A DNA stretch of 64,000 nucleotides from Amoebophrya sp. A120 (taxonomy: Eukaryota; Protista; Dinoflagellata): the NCBI GenBank assembly GCA_905178155.1, contig CAJINV010000005.1:3168833-3232832 (forward strand), given 5' to 3'. The translations under genes were made by a program, and so were the position numbers. Positions 27,001-37,984 of the stretch are shown here, in pieces (positions within the stretch are counted from its first letter, which is position 1; each line of letters opens with the position of its first letter). The notes below the pieces were generated by a model, which worked only from the letters and a program-made list of their open reading frames with translations, ran no database searches and was not told the origin of the DNA.

Positions 27001-30000
27001 TCGATTTGTGTACTCAGTCAAATACAGCATCACAAATTCGCGCATCTTCCCGTTCCGATATGGGGTGGGGGCTTTTTTCACTTTGATAGCACGGTGGCCG
27101 CTGATGATTGATCCGCAGTTGCAGGCCAACAAGTGGATCCGAACCACCTTCGGGGAGGAGCTGAAGGTGCTGCGGTTAACCCGGTCGGACTACGCGAGGC
27201 ACCTGGAAACGTGCATCCAGTTCGGGAAACCAGTGCTGATCGAAAACATCGGGGAAACGCTGGATCCCATGCTGCAGCCGCTGCTCGAACGGGCGATCTT
27301 CAAGGCCGGAAGTTTGTCCATGATCCGCTTGGGCGATAACACGATCGAATACAACAACAAATTCAAGCTCTTCCTGACTTCCAAACTTCTATCAAATGTA
27401 AAAATGTCTGGGTCTGGAAGATTCTGAGACTTGTCATGCATGTTTTGCATGATCCAGGACGTTTATAGTGCACGCCCCAGCATCACAGACTTTTAGAGGG
27501 CTTCCTGATGCCTACTCCGCATGACAAACGCCCTCCTCGCGTAAGTAGCACAAACTAGATTCCTCTTGCTGGTCATGCAATACAGAGGTTCTTAGAGTCC
27601 GCAGTTAGCATCACAAGTTCCAACCTTCCAGACCCAGACATTTTCACATTTGATAACCGCCGAACCCGCACTACGCACCGGAGATCTGCGTAACGGTGAT
27701 CATTTTGAACTTCGTCACGACCGTGGAGGGGCTCACGGACGCGCTGCTGGCGATTCTGGTACAACTTAATAGAGTGCTTCATTTTTGTGATGTGCTGTTG
27801 TATTTCTGCATCTGCTCGAAGAAGTTCGCAGGACTGACCGATTTTTCCATCTTCGAGATTGTCACAATTTTGGAGCTTCTTGACATGATGAAGCGGGATG
27901 ATATTCAAAAAATTTGCGTCGATTTATCTCCGCCCGCCCCTCCAGGTTGCGAAAGAGTCCCCGGACGTGGAGCGCAAGCGCGTGGAGCTTGTGGTGGAAT
28001 CCGCAAACTCGGCCGCGCAGCTGAAGGAGATTGAGGACCGCATTCTCTACCTGCTTTCCGCGTCCACGGGGAACATTCTGGATGACGAGGAGCTGATCAC
28101 CACCTTGGCAAATTCCAAGGTGGCCTCCGTCCGCATCGAGGAGCGGGTGGTGGTGCAGGAGCGAACGGCGAAGGAGATCGCGGAGGTCCGGTTGTTTAAC
28201 GAGCCGGTTGCCGCCAGGTCCGCGGCACTCTTCTTTGTGGTCTCCGATTTAGCGAACATCGAGTCCAACTACCAGTACTCCCTGGAGTGGTTTGTCTATC
28301 CAAGAAAAAAACGTTGTTAGTGTAAATTTGTGATGCGCAGCATGCAAATTGATTGAGCCTGTCATGCTGTGCCTGCATTGTAGGGTCCAGTCAATGGCGT
28401 TTTCCCTTACTATCTGCGCATGACAGGTTTTTGCTGTCATGCGAGAGATATTTGTCATGCTAATCCTCCAACAAAGTTACACCTACAATGTTTTTTTCTT
28501 GGATATTGTCGGTATCTTTCTGGACAGTATCGACGCCGCGGACAAAGCGAGGGGGGCGCAGCGGCTGGACGCGCTGAACCGGTCGTTTTTGTTCAAGCTC
28601 TACGTGAACATCTGCCGGTCGCTGTTCGAGAAGGACAAACTGCTCTTCTCCTTCCTCACGGTGGTGAAAATGCTGGAGTTCGACAAGGAACTGAACCGAC
28701 GAGAGCTGAATCTCCTGCTGCAGGGCGGCGGTGGCGGCGGGGCGCTGCGGAAGCCGAAGCCGGAAGCGGCAACCTGGCTGACGGACGTGTCCTGGTCCAA
28801 AATTTTGGAACTCGACAAGCTGGGCGACGACGAGGGCGGGGACGGCGGAATCGCGCTGTTCAAGGACTGGTCAGACCGGTTCGCGAAGAACATCGGGCAG
28901 TGGAGCGTGGTGTTTGAGTCCGAAATCCCGCAGGAGGCCGAGTGGCCGGAGAACCTGAACGCCGACAGGTACGGCAACACGGACGACACGACTGCGCTGG
29001 AACAGGCTCTGATCCTGCTGGCTTTTCGTCCGGACGGGCTGGTGACCAGCATTCAGGACATCATCATGGAAAAGCTGGGCAAGCACTACCTGGAGCCGCC
29101 CCCCTTCGACCTGATGGTCAGCTACCAGGAGTCCAAACCGCACGTGCCTTTGATTTTCGTGCTCACCGTGGGTGCGGACCCCATGACGGCGCTGCTGAAG
29201 CTCGCCGAGGCGCTGGGCATGCAGGACCGCATGTTCCTGCTGTCGCTCGGCCAGGGCCAGGGCCCGAAGGCGGACGCGGCCATCTCGGATTCCGTCAAGA
29301 ACGGAAGCTGGGTCGTGCTGCAGAACTGCCACCTGGCGGAAAGTTACATGGGTACCCTGGAGGCAACGTGCGAAAATTTTAACCCGACGGAAATTCACCC
29401 GGAATTTAGGCTGTGGTTGACAGGTAGGAAGAACTTTTTCAGCACAAGCACAAGGAAGCTTGGTTGTTTATTTTGATCCAATATGTTGTTGTCGCACCGG
29501 CAGCCCTTACCCTTAGAGAAATTTTTTTTGAGCAACTTTTGATCCTAAGATTAGCAGCCTATCTTAATCCGCACCAACACTCTACAGGTATGCCCGCGGT
29601 GCACTTTCCGGTGTCCATTCTGCAAAACGGTGTGAAAATGACAGTAGAACCGCCGAAAGGGTTAAAGCAAAACTTGACGCGAGCCTACCTGGCCTTTGAG
29701 CCCGCGTGGCTGGAGGACTGCACAAAACCACACGCATTCAAGAAGATGCTATTCGGTATAGTTCATGTTTACGAGATACGAAAGTTGTAGGAGCCACTCT
29801 GGATGATGCAATGAATGCCGCTGATAGTCCGATAATTTGATAAGGAGCAACTGCAACAGACTACATCAAACAATAATCGTCAGATCGCAAAATAAACGCG
29901 AAATAAAAGTTTACGCAACTACTCTTCATACTTCCCCTAAAGGAAAAACGGGAATAAAGAAAATGCATTCTCAAACAAACGCGACCAGGTCTTGCCTTTT

Positions 30001-33000
30001 TCCACTCACTGATTTTGGAGAGGAGAAAGTTCGGTCCGCTCGGGTGGAACATCCCGTATGCCTTCTCCGATCCTGATCGTACGATTTCGTCGAATCAGTT
30101 GAAAATTTTCCTCGACAGCTACGAGGAAATTCAGTGGGACGCATTGAACTACCTGGTCGCGGAAGCGAACTACGGCGGTCGAGTTATCCCAGGGAAAAAT
30201 GTACCCACCCAAAGAATACATTGTCAAGATGGGAGGTTTGGGAAAAACGCATGACAAGTCAAAGTTTGAGTGTCTGCAGTTGCGTAGTCCTGGGTAACTT
30301 GCATGCGGTAGCTTGTATGGCCGCATCACTAAGCCGCTTTACTTGTCTTGATTCAAGCATGGCAATTTCCGAAGCACCACGACAGAAAAACAAAAGAATG
30401 CCTCTCCTGGGAGTGTGCGGAAGATGAACCGCAGCATGGCCCTGGGCATTTGCTTTTGTAAAGTCTGCGGTGTAGGGTACGTTTTTCCACGGCATACGAC
30501 TGACCGACGGACAGGACAGAAGAACTATCAAGTGCATCCTGTCCGACTACTATTGTCCGGACATTTTGCAGGAAGACTACAAGTTCTCCATAAGTGGCGT
30601 CTACTACTCGCCGCCGAGCAACCTGAACAAGGACCAAATCCTGGACTTCATCGGGAAGCTGCCCCTGCAGGAATACCCGGAAGCCTTCTGGCTGCACAAC
30701 AACGCAGATCTGACAGCGAAGATCTCCGAAGGAATGGCGATCATCAAAACAGCTGTGAATCTCTTGCCAAGGGACACGGGCAGCAGCGGAAAGTCGTCGG
30801 ATGAGGTACATACAACTCTTCTACTAAATGATGGCGTTGGTGGTGGTACTTCAATATGCCGGCGCGGAAATAACACGCCGAGTTATCTGCACTGATGCTC
30901 GAAAAAAAGCATACTGACAAAGCGTTCACTTTGGGACAGCATCTACTACTTAATCAGGACAAGCCGGAATGCGGATTTAGTTCTCTACTCGTGAATGATC
31001 TTGATTGCGGATGAAATATTGTTTTGCAAAGCACGACCCAATCCTGATATCCAACAAAACAGATCTGGAACGAAAAATGCGACGAGATTCTGGCGATCCT
31101 TCCGAAGAAGCCGTACGACATTGAGGCGGTGCAACTAAAATACCCCGTAGATTACAACGAGTCCCTGAATACGGTGCTGCCGCAGGAGTGCGCGCGCTTC
31201 AACAAATTGCTCGGGAAGGTGAAGGACACCCTCGTAAACCTGAAACGCGCAGTCAAGGGCGAGGTCGTGATGACCCCGGAGCTGGATTTGGTCGGAGAGG
31301 CCTTATTCACTGCAAAAATGTCTGGGTCTGCAAGAGTGGAACTTGTAATGTTGTCTGCGGTTTCTAAAAATATCTGTGTTGCATGAACAGCAAGAAGAGT
31401 CCAGTTCTTGGCACGCGGAGAGGGCATTTCTCATGCGTGATAAGCATCAAGAAGCTCTCAAAAAACGTGTCATGCTAGGACCTGCCTCAGTGCCCCTTTT
31501 TGGTGTTGACGACATGTCTGGATGCTGGATGCCCTATGTTTACCCCTATCGTGGCCGTTCTGGTGCGCCTTCTCATGTGAGGTCGTTGACATGGCTTGGT
31601 GGGAAATTCCCGTTGCGCGAGGCTCTTGCCTTGCCCTCTGTCTTCGCCCCCAGCGGTGTTGAGATAGTAGAAGCGTCTGTTGTGGCCGTCGGAGCTTGCT
31701 CCGGGTCTTGTGGCTCCTCTCGTCCTCGGTGGAGTACCTGAGTGGCTTTTGCTGCTGCCTCCGTTGACTTTTGGCTGCTGCTTGACTGGCGGTTGGGAAC
31801 ACATCAGGCGTCTTTGTGCTGTTGCTTCTGCCGCGTGGTCCCCAGTGTTCCCCGGGTCCGGAACTCTGGGTTACCTTGGTCGAGTTGGTGTCACTGTCGG
31901 TTCACCTATGTCCCTGCCTTTCCGTTCTTGCCACTGGGAACAGTCTGTGCGTTTCTTTCGTCAGCGGCTTCTAGGCGCTGAAGCTCGTTGACGATTGTTT
32001 CGGGAGGTTCCTAACGGCCCCTGAGGACATTGCCTCGTTGCCGACCAGGCCGAACTTAGAGGTCGGCTTCGGGAAGGCTTCCCGGAGTTGAGTCTGCTTC
32101 GGCAGGTCTCTTGTGGATGCGAGGGCAGTGGTTGGCTGAGGTTGTTGGAGTGTTCCATAGTGTCACTCCTGATCATTTCTGATCCTTATCCAACTTCCTC
32201 ATTTCCTGTGTGGTCTAATGCAGATTGCAGATCACAACACAGGGCCACCCTCGTATCTCACCTCCAGGGGGGGCGCGCGGACCTCGCTTGCCATCTTGTT
32301 TAGTCTCGCGAAAGTTCCAGCCTCCCCGAGTGGGAGTGGGGGATAGTAAAGTGCAAAATGTGCATCACAAACCTCGACGCTTCCAGACCGAGACATATTT
32401 GCATTTGATAGGCCTTCCTAGCAAACAAGGTCCCGGAGCCCTGGCTAAAGGTGAGCTTTCCGTCGTTGAAGCCACTGGGGTCCTACGTGCCGGACTTCAT
32501 GAAGAGGCTGGCGCAGTTTGACGACTGGATCGCCAACGGACCGCCAAAACTGTTCTGGCTCACCGGCTTCTTCTTCGTGCAGGCGATGTTCACAGGTACT
32601 AAGCGCATGGTTTTAATCTAATAACTATAAGGGCAAGATATGTCTTTGTTCCTCCCAAAGCTTCTGAAGCTTTGACCTTCTGAAGAGCTTCTGAAGATAA
32701 AAATTTGTTTTTCAACCTTCAGAAGGTCAAAAAAACTGGCCGGCTATTTTTCATTGTAGAAAACGCAGAATTGGCTCGCGCAAACGAAATTGTGGCCCAT
32801 TTTTTGCAACCTTCAGAAGGTTCAGTCTTCTGAAGGTTTTTTTTGACCTTCTGAAGAATTTTTTCGATTTTTTGACGAAAAAACCTTCAGAAGACGAAAA
32901 AGTGACCTGTTTGGAACCTTCAGAAGGTAGGCACTCTTCTGAAGGTCGGCCATTTTTGATGACGTCGCAAACCTTCAGAAGACTGCCAAGTTTTACATTC

Positions 33001-36000
33001 AAAAAATGGACAAAAATCGAGACACTCACAGAAAACCTTCAGAAGACTGAAATATCTTCTGAAGGTTTTTCGAAAATTGTCTCGCTTGTCAAAAAATGTA
33101 AAAATTGAAAGTGGCACACCTTCAGAAGATTGGCTGTTTGTCAACCTTCTGAAGGTGAACCTTCTGGAGACTCTCCAGAAGGTGCGCGAAAACTTCAGAA
33201 GAATCCCCAAAGACTTCAGAAGACTCTTCAGATAACTCTTCAGAAGACTCTTCAGAAGACCTTCAGAAGACTCTTCAGAAGACTCTTCAGAAGCTTTATC
33301 TAATTTATTTCTTGCTTTTCGTTGCGCCGACGCCTATTTCTTCGAACGCAAACGCCAACAAACGGCATTGCTATTGCTCGATCAAACGAGTCCGCTGCTC
33401 CTTTTGCGTTCATATCGTGCCGACTCGTTCTTTTTGTTTTTTTTGTTTATCGCTCTATCAAAAAGAGCATCGCTGCGCCTGACAAGTGTCAAGAATTTGC
33501 ATGATTTTGTTGTTACGGATTTGTGTCAGGCGGTGGACGGCGGAACGAAACGAAGGCGGTGCTCTTTTTTGCTTTGAAATTATGACAAATGCAAAACTAT
33601 TCTCTCGCAGCTTCGAGTATAATATACTCGAAGCTGCCAGAGAAGGCGAGCAAGCGCGAACTGGGGAAGCGGAACATACGGAACATGCCGGCGCCTTCAC
33701 CTTATCCAGTCCTCAACAACAAATACAAAAATACTTGACGCGCAAGCTTTCTTTTCTTTCATAACCCACGGGAAGAACAAATACAATGCTTGCCCCGCGA
33801 CGCAGTCGCGGGGAGTGGTTCTTCTTCTTCTTCGTGCAGGCGATGTTCACAGGTACTAAGCGCATGGTTTTAATCTAATAACTATAAGGAGAAGGCTTGT
33901 CCAAATTGCTGCTGAACCTTCAGAAGCTTTTTCTTCTGAAGGTCTTCTGAAGGTCCAAAATCATCACTGGAACCTTCAGAAGAAATGGAAAAAAGCCTCT
34001 TTTTTTTGAGCGAGCATGCCATCGGTTTAACCATGAGCATTTTTTTCTTCTGAAGGTCACGCCTTCAGAAGGTTTTTTTTGACCTTCAGAAGAAAAAAAA
34101 GGAAAATGAGCAAAAAAACCTTCAGAAGGTGAAAAGTGGCCGTTTTGAAATCTTCTGAAGGTTGAAAGCCTTCAGAAGGTGACACTTTTTTGACCTTCAG
34201 AAGACTTTCCGACTTTTTAGACAAAAAAAGGCCGTGAAGTGTCGCAATTTTGGCCGACCTTCTGAAGGTTGAAAACCTTCAGAAGGTTTTTCAATTGTGT
34301 CTCCAAAGCGACAACTTTTTGCGTCCTTTTTTCCGCATTCTTCAGAAGCTTTGACCTTCTGAAGACCATCTTCTGTAGAATCTTCTGAAGACCGAAAAGC
34401 TTCTGAAGGCTTTGCAGAAAATACGCAAGACGCACGAAAATGCTCAAAAGCTTTTCTGATGCGCGTTGCTTTGTTGGGCGTTTTAAAAGCATTGCTCGCG
34501 CCGCTTATTTCGAAAGTGCCACCGGCGCGCGCACGCATTTCGAAAGTGCCCACAGGCACGACTGAGTACGCGCCTTACTTTCTTGTGCGATGAAAGAGCG
34601 CTGCTTGTGCTAGAGGATATTTTCACAGGCCGCGCTTTGGAGTTATTTTTCAGCTGCTCGCTCTGCTATTGTGCTTTTTCTCAGACTCCCCTTTGGGATT
34701 TTACTTATGCATCAAAAAAAAGCCGACGGCGCCTGCGGTTCCATTCTGTGTCGAGGCCGGTGCTGCTTTTTGCCTCTGAAAAGCAGTGTCTTCGGCCGCG
34801 GTGAATGCCCTGCCCTGGAGCCGTCGGCTTTTTTTATCTTTCTTGCTTCTTCTTCGTGCAGGCGATGTTCACAGGTAAGCGCATGGTTTTGATTGAAGGA
34901 CTATAAGGGAAAAAATCACCACAACCTTCAGAAGAAAATTCTTCAGAAGAACCTGCAGAAGATTCAAAAAACCTTCAGAAGGTTCAAAAAGGGGCACTTT
35001 CGAAAAAAGAGAAAATTGAAACGGGAACAGGTCCTGTTTGAGAAAAAATACTTTTTTTTTCAGACCTTCAGAAGGTTTTGTTGAGTTTTGACCTTCCTGA
35101 AGGTTTTTGTAACCTTCAGAAGATTTTTGATGAACAAAATCTTCTGAAGGTTTTGGTCCAACTCATTTGTGACCTTCAAGAAGGTTTTGAGCTTCTGAAG
35201 GTAAAACTTTCAAAACCTTCTGAAGGCTGAACGAAAAAAATGACACTTTTTGACAAAAAATATGCAAAAAGTGGCGCATTATTTTTGGACCTTCAGCAGG
35301 TCAAAACACCTTCCTGAAGGTCTTCTGAAGGTTGAGACTCTTCTGAAGGTCCGAAAACCTTCTGAAGGTTTTCTGCAGCTTTTTTCTGAAGCTTGCAAAC
35401 TCAAAAAGTGGTTTCTTCGACTAAAGCGCCCTGCTTTTTCGATAAAGCGATTGAGTTGACAATTGCCAACGGCCACTACACCTACAAAAAATTTCAAAAG
35501 CCAAGGGAAAGCCGGCCGCTGGCTTTCCTTTTCCGGGTCTGGCCCTTTGTTCGAAAAGAAGCTGAAGGCGGGGACTTTTGTAAGCAGCGAGCGAGGACCT
35601 GCTTGTCTTATTGCAGATCCGAAAACTTCTTGGCGGGCCCGCTTTCTGCCAGTTTTCTCTTGTTCTCAGAACACAAGAAAGCGGGGCACTTTTGCAAGCA
35701 ACAAGAAAGGGGGCGCATTGGCTTTTTCTGGATCTGGCGCTCGCGGAAGAGCCCGAAGCTCGCCCCTCGTTGCTGTTTCCGCCCCGGGAAGAAGCCAAAG
35801 CTGCCCGATTTAGTAAGCAAAAAGCGAGGCGGCTTTGGCTTTTCGCTTCTTGCGGATCTGGTCCGTCCTCCGAGAAGAGGCCGGCGCCGGCCGCTTATGT
35901 AAGCAAAAAGGAAGAGGAGCGAGCGCCCTCGCTTGGCTTCTTCCGGACCTGGCCCCCCGAAAAGTTGCCAAGGCTTTGTGGTTTTGTACAGCAGGAGGCG

Positions 36001-36724
36001 TCTCGGCCTTTTTCCTTAGCTTTTTTCTTCTTCGTGCAGGCGATGTTCACAGGTATTTAAAAGCGTGTGTGGTTACTTACAACGCAAGTACTTTATTGTT
36101 TGTGCAGTTTACTAAATACTATGTGAGAGGCTTTGGCACATTGACATTGGATCTGGATGTAAATGCAGTACTAGAAGATGACAGTTCCAGGACAGGTACA
36201 TTTTGTTTTACTCGTAAGGAACGGATGGTGAGGGAGAATCAGAATGAGTTCCGTAATGCATGAATCATGCTGAAAAAAATTATACACAATGACCAGGTCT
36301 ACTCCAAAACTTCGCGAGGAAAACGAAATACCCCATCGATAAATGCATGTGGAACTTCTACGTGCAAAAACGAGCTTTTGAGGTTACCGCGAGGCCGAGC
36401 CAAGGATGCTACGGCAACGGGTTGATTATGGAGGGCGCGAGGTGGGACGATGACCTAATGGCGATCAACGAAAGTTTGCCCAAGGTTCTGTATGACGATT
36501 TGCCAACAGTGTTGCTCGACCCGGTGCTCTCCGCCGAATCCAAAACGCCGAAACTCGTTTACCCGTGCCCGGCGTATAAGACGAGCGCAAGGCGCGGTGT
36601 GCTTTCGACAACCGGTCACTCGACGAACTTTATCATGACGCTCATGCTGCCGATTCAGGAGCAGCACACGGAGAAATTCTGGGTCAGAAGAGGAGTCGCG
36701 CTGCTTTCGCAGATGGACGACTAA
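12003..36724 (+). CDS. Axonemal dynein heavy chain, single-headed inner-arm type (DNAH1/3/7/12-like); 15 introners plus about 13 GT-AG introns
   Basis: P-loops [33 protein letters not shown]; also [36 protein letters not shown], and C-terminal [14 protein letters not shown]...WVRRGVALL. Frame traced by hand across the junctions; start ATG less certain. Confidence 0.95.
14642..14910. mobile_element. Introner, family A (269 bp)
   Basis: TIR core GCAAAAATGTCTGGGTCTGGAA; flanks TCCGG/TGCAG; removing 274 nt restores the dynein frame. Confidence 0.9.
14974..15235. mobile_element. Introner, family A (262 bp)
   Basis: Family A TIR; flanks GGACG/AGACG; very similar to 16425-16686. Confidence 0.9.
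16242..16382. mobile_element. Introner, family B (141 bp)
   Basis: TIR ...GTATCGTACTCGTAT / ATACGAGTACGATACTTTTGCACAGGATA; perfect direct repeat (DR) ACGCG. Confidence 0.9.
16425..16686. mobile_element. Introner, family A (262 bp)
   Basis: Family A TIR; perfect DR GAAGG. Confidence 0.9.
16759..17026. mobile_element. Introner, family A, reverse orientation (268 bp)
   Basis: Interior resembles the reverse complement of 16425-16686; perfect DR TACCT. Confidence 0.9.
17995..18252. mobile_element. Introner, family A, reverse orientation, right TIR partly deleted (258 bp)
   Basis: Left TIR intact; right end lacks the CCAGACCCAG core; perfect DR CTTCT. Confidence 0.88.
18297..18441. mobile_element. 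Introner, family B, opposite orientation to 16242 (145 bp)
   Basis: TIR TATCCTGTGCAAAAGCATCGTACTCGTAT; perfect DR CCACA. Confidence 0.9.
18534..18812. mobile_element. Introner, family E (279 bp)
   Basis: TIR TATCCCGTGTAAAAACATCCCCACACCAGAGT; perfect DR GGAGC. Confidence 0.9.
19549..19870. mobile_element. Introner, family D (322 bp)
   Basis: TIR TATCAAAATGAAAAATTCCCCCTCCCCATATC; flanks CACTG/CGCTG. Confidence 0.9.
20495..20746. mobile_element. Introner, family A (252 bp), within AAA1
   Basis: Perfect DR CCAGT; removal restores [13 protein letters not shown]. Confidence 0.92.
26764..27088. mobile_element. Introner, family D (325 bp)
   Basis: Perfect DR GCACG; removal restores [12 protein letters not shown]. 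Confidence 0.92.
27390..27655. mobile_element. Introner, family A, reverse orientation (266 bp)
   Basis: Flanks ACTTC/ACCGC; removal restores [12 protein letters not shown]. Confidence 0.9.
28297..28505. mobile_element. Introner, family C (209 bp)
   Basis: Perfect DR TTGTC; removal restores [12 protein letters not shown]. Confidence 0.92.
30185..30496. mobile_element. Introner, family E-like, diverged (312 bp)
   Basis: TATCCCAGGGAAAAATGTACCC / GGGTACGTTTTTCCACGGCATA; flanks CGAGT/CGACT; removal restores NYGGRVTD. Confidence 0.88.
31304..32410. mobile_element. Introner, family A, expanded to 1107 bp by an ~860-bp internal insert
   Basis: Family A TIRs; perfect DR GGCCT; removal restores [13 protein letters not shown]. 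Confidence 0.9.
32568..36074 (+). repeat. Four direct copies of the dynein exon end plus splice donor (starting 32568, 33825, 34847, 36025), separated by three CTTC(A/T)GAAG-rich cassettes
   Basis: TTCTTCTTCGTGCAGGCGATGTTCACAGGTA identical in all four; copies 1 and 2 identical over 65 bp; donor spacings 1257, 1022 and 1178 bp. Confidence 0.92.
33211..33295. repeat. Tandem 11-12 bp repeat (CTCTTCAGAAGA)n, about 7 copies
   Basis: Directly visible at the end of the motif-rich part of cassette 1. Confidence 0.85.
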
Positions 36725-37652
36725 GTGCAGCGGGCGAGATGACGTTTAGAAGCCTCAGGGTAATAAAGAAGGTCTGTCGCTGCAGGGGCACAGATTAGTT
36801 AAAGCGGTGCTTGATTTAGAGGAAACATCACAGAGGTTACTTTTATGAATTCGAGACAACATTACTAGCTTGACCTTAAAGATCGTCCTGTATTGCCTTT
36901 TCTTCGCTTCTACTCCACTAGGATCCATTTTCGGACCTGTGCGTGAAATGGTTTAGCTTGAAAATAAGTCAAACTAAAATTCTAATTATCACAGTAATAC
37001 AATATAAACGACGCGCGGTCGAAAATCCGCAACGTCAAAATCAAATAAGTCTAAGTTTTCTATGATTTTCAAGCACCGAATGGGCCTTCTGGTCTCACTC
37101 GCAATTTTAAACGAGCCATGACCGATTCGGGCCGCGAAGGCAGAACTTTAAATGTCTTGCAAATTATACCGTGACGTCTTCTCTTCTTTACGCAATGAAC
37201 ATCAAATCATCCTTCTTTAGTCTTAAAATTTCCTTATTCTTTCTTTACCCTTATCCGACAGCTTTACGCAAAACATGATGTTGTTTTATCAGAATGCAAC
37301 GGAAAGAAATAATCTTTCTCTTTGAGAATACAGCCGAGAGCAGTTTACCTTCAGACAAAAGTATAGGATTCAAGTGTCAACCGTTTGAAATTTTATCCCG
37401 ATTTACAGTTCATTTTTCCAAATTTGGGCTAGAGTTGTTTTAGTATCCGTTTTAGCAGCGAGTCGTGAAGTGTCAGGATCGTAGCCGAATAGCGAAAAGC
37501 TATAGCAAAAGACGCAAGGTGCAGTCATTCGTGTTAAGCGCCGTCCGCAAAGAGAACTATATCGCTTAACCTGAAGCCGAACTACAGCGCATGTACACGA
37601 AGCGAAAAGAAATGGCATCATGCGACGCCGCGGTCATGTGAGGGGCACTTCA

Positions 37653-37772
37653 GGGGAGGATTTTCGCGCATGGTGTTCCCTTAAAATTTAGATGAAGATC
37701 GTTCACATGAGGCGGGGAGGATTTTCGCGCATGGTGTTCCCTGAAAATTTAAATCAAGATCGTTCACATGAG
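37653..37772. repeat. Tandem duplication of about 60 bp upstream of the coiled-coil gene
   Basis: GGGGAGGATTTTCGCGCATGGTGTTCCCT...AAGATCGTTCACATGAGG occurs twice. Confidence 0.85.
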
Positions 37773-37984
37773 GTGTGCTCGCGTGGTCGGTTTGCACCCT
37801 CGCCGCCGGCGAAATTTAAAGAGACATTGTTTCTGTTTTTTGGATCTTTCATTTGGGGCGTAACTAAAGGTGGCTCGTCGCGCAGGACACTGCAGTTCGA
37901 TTTTTGCGGTGCGTTTTTCCCCTGAAATAATACAAAAGTTTTTCTCTAGCAGCACAGTGCAGAGGGCCGTGGTCGTTTTCGAAA

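Noticed and set aside
32622-32632. TAACTATAAGG resembling the start of an rDNA homing-endonuclease site
   Set aside because: Only about 9 nt match and there is no rRNA context.
32651-35395. Heat-shock elements
   Set aside because: The dominant core is TTC-N-GAA with one spacer base, not the TTC-NN-GAA arrangement of HSEs.
32568-36074. CRISPR array or integron
   Set aside because: Eukaryotic intron, spacers over 1 kb, the repeat is host exon sequence, and there is no cas or integrase gene. Only the one-ended growth is analogous.
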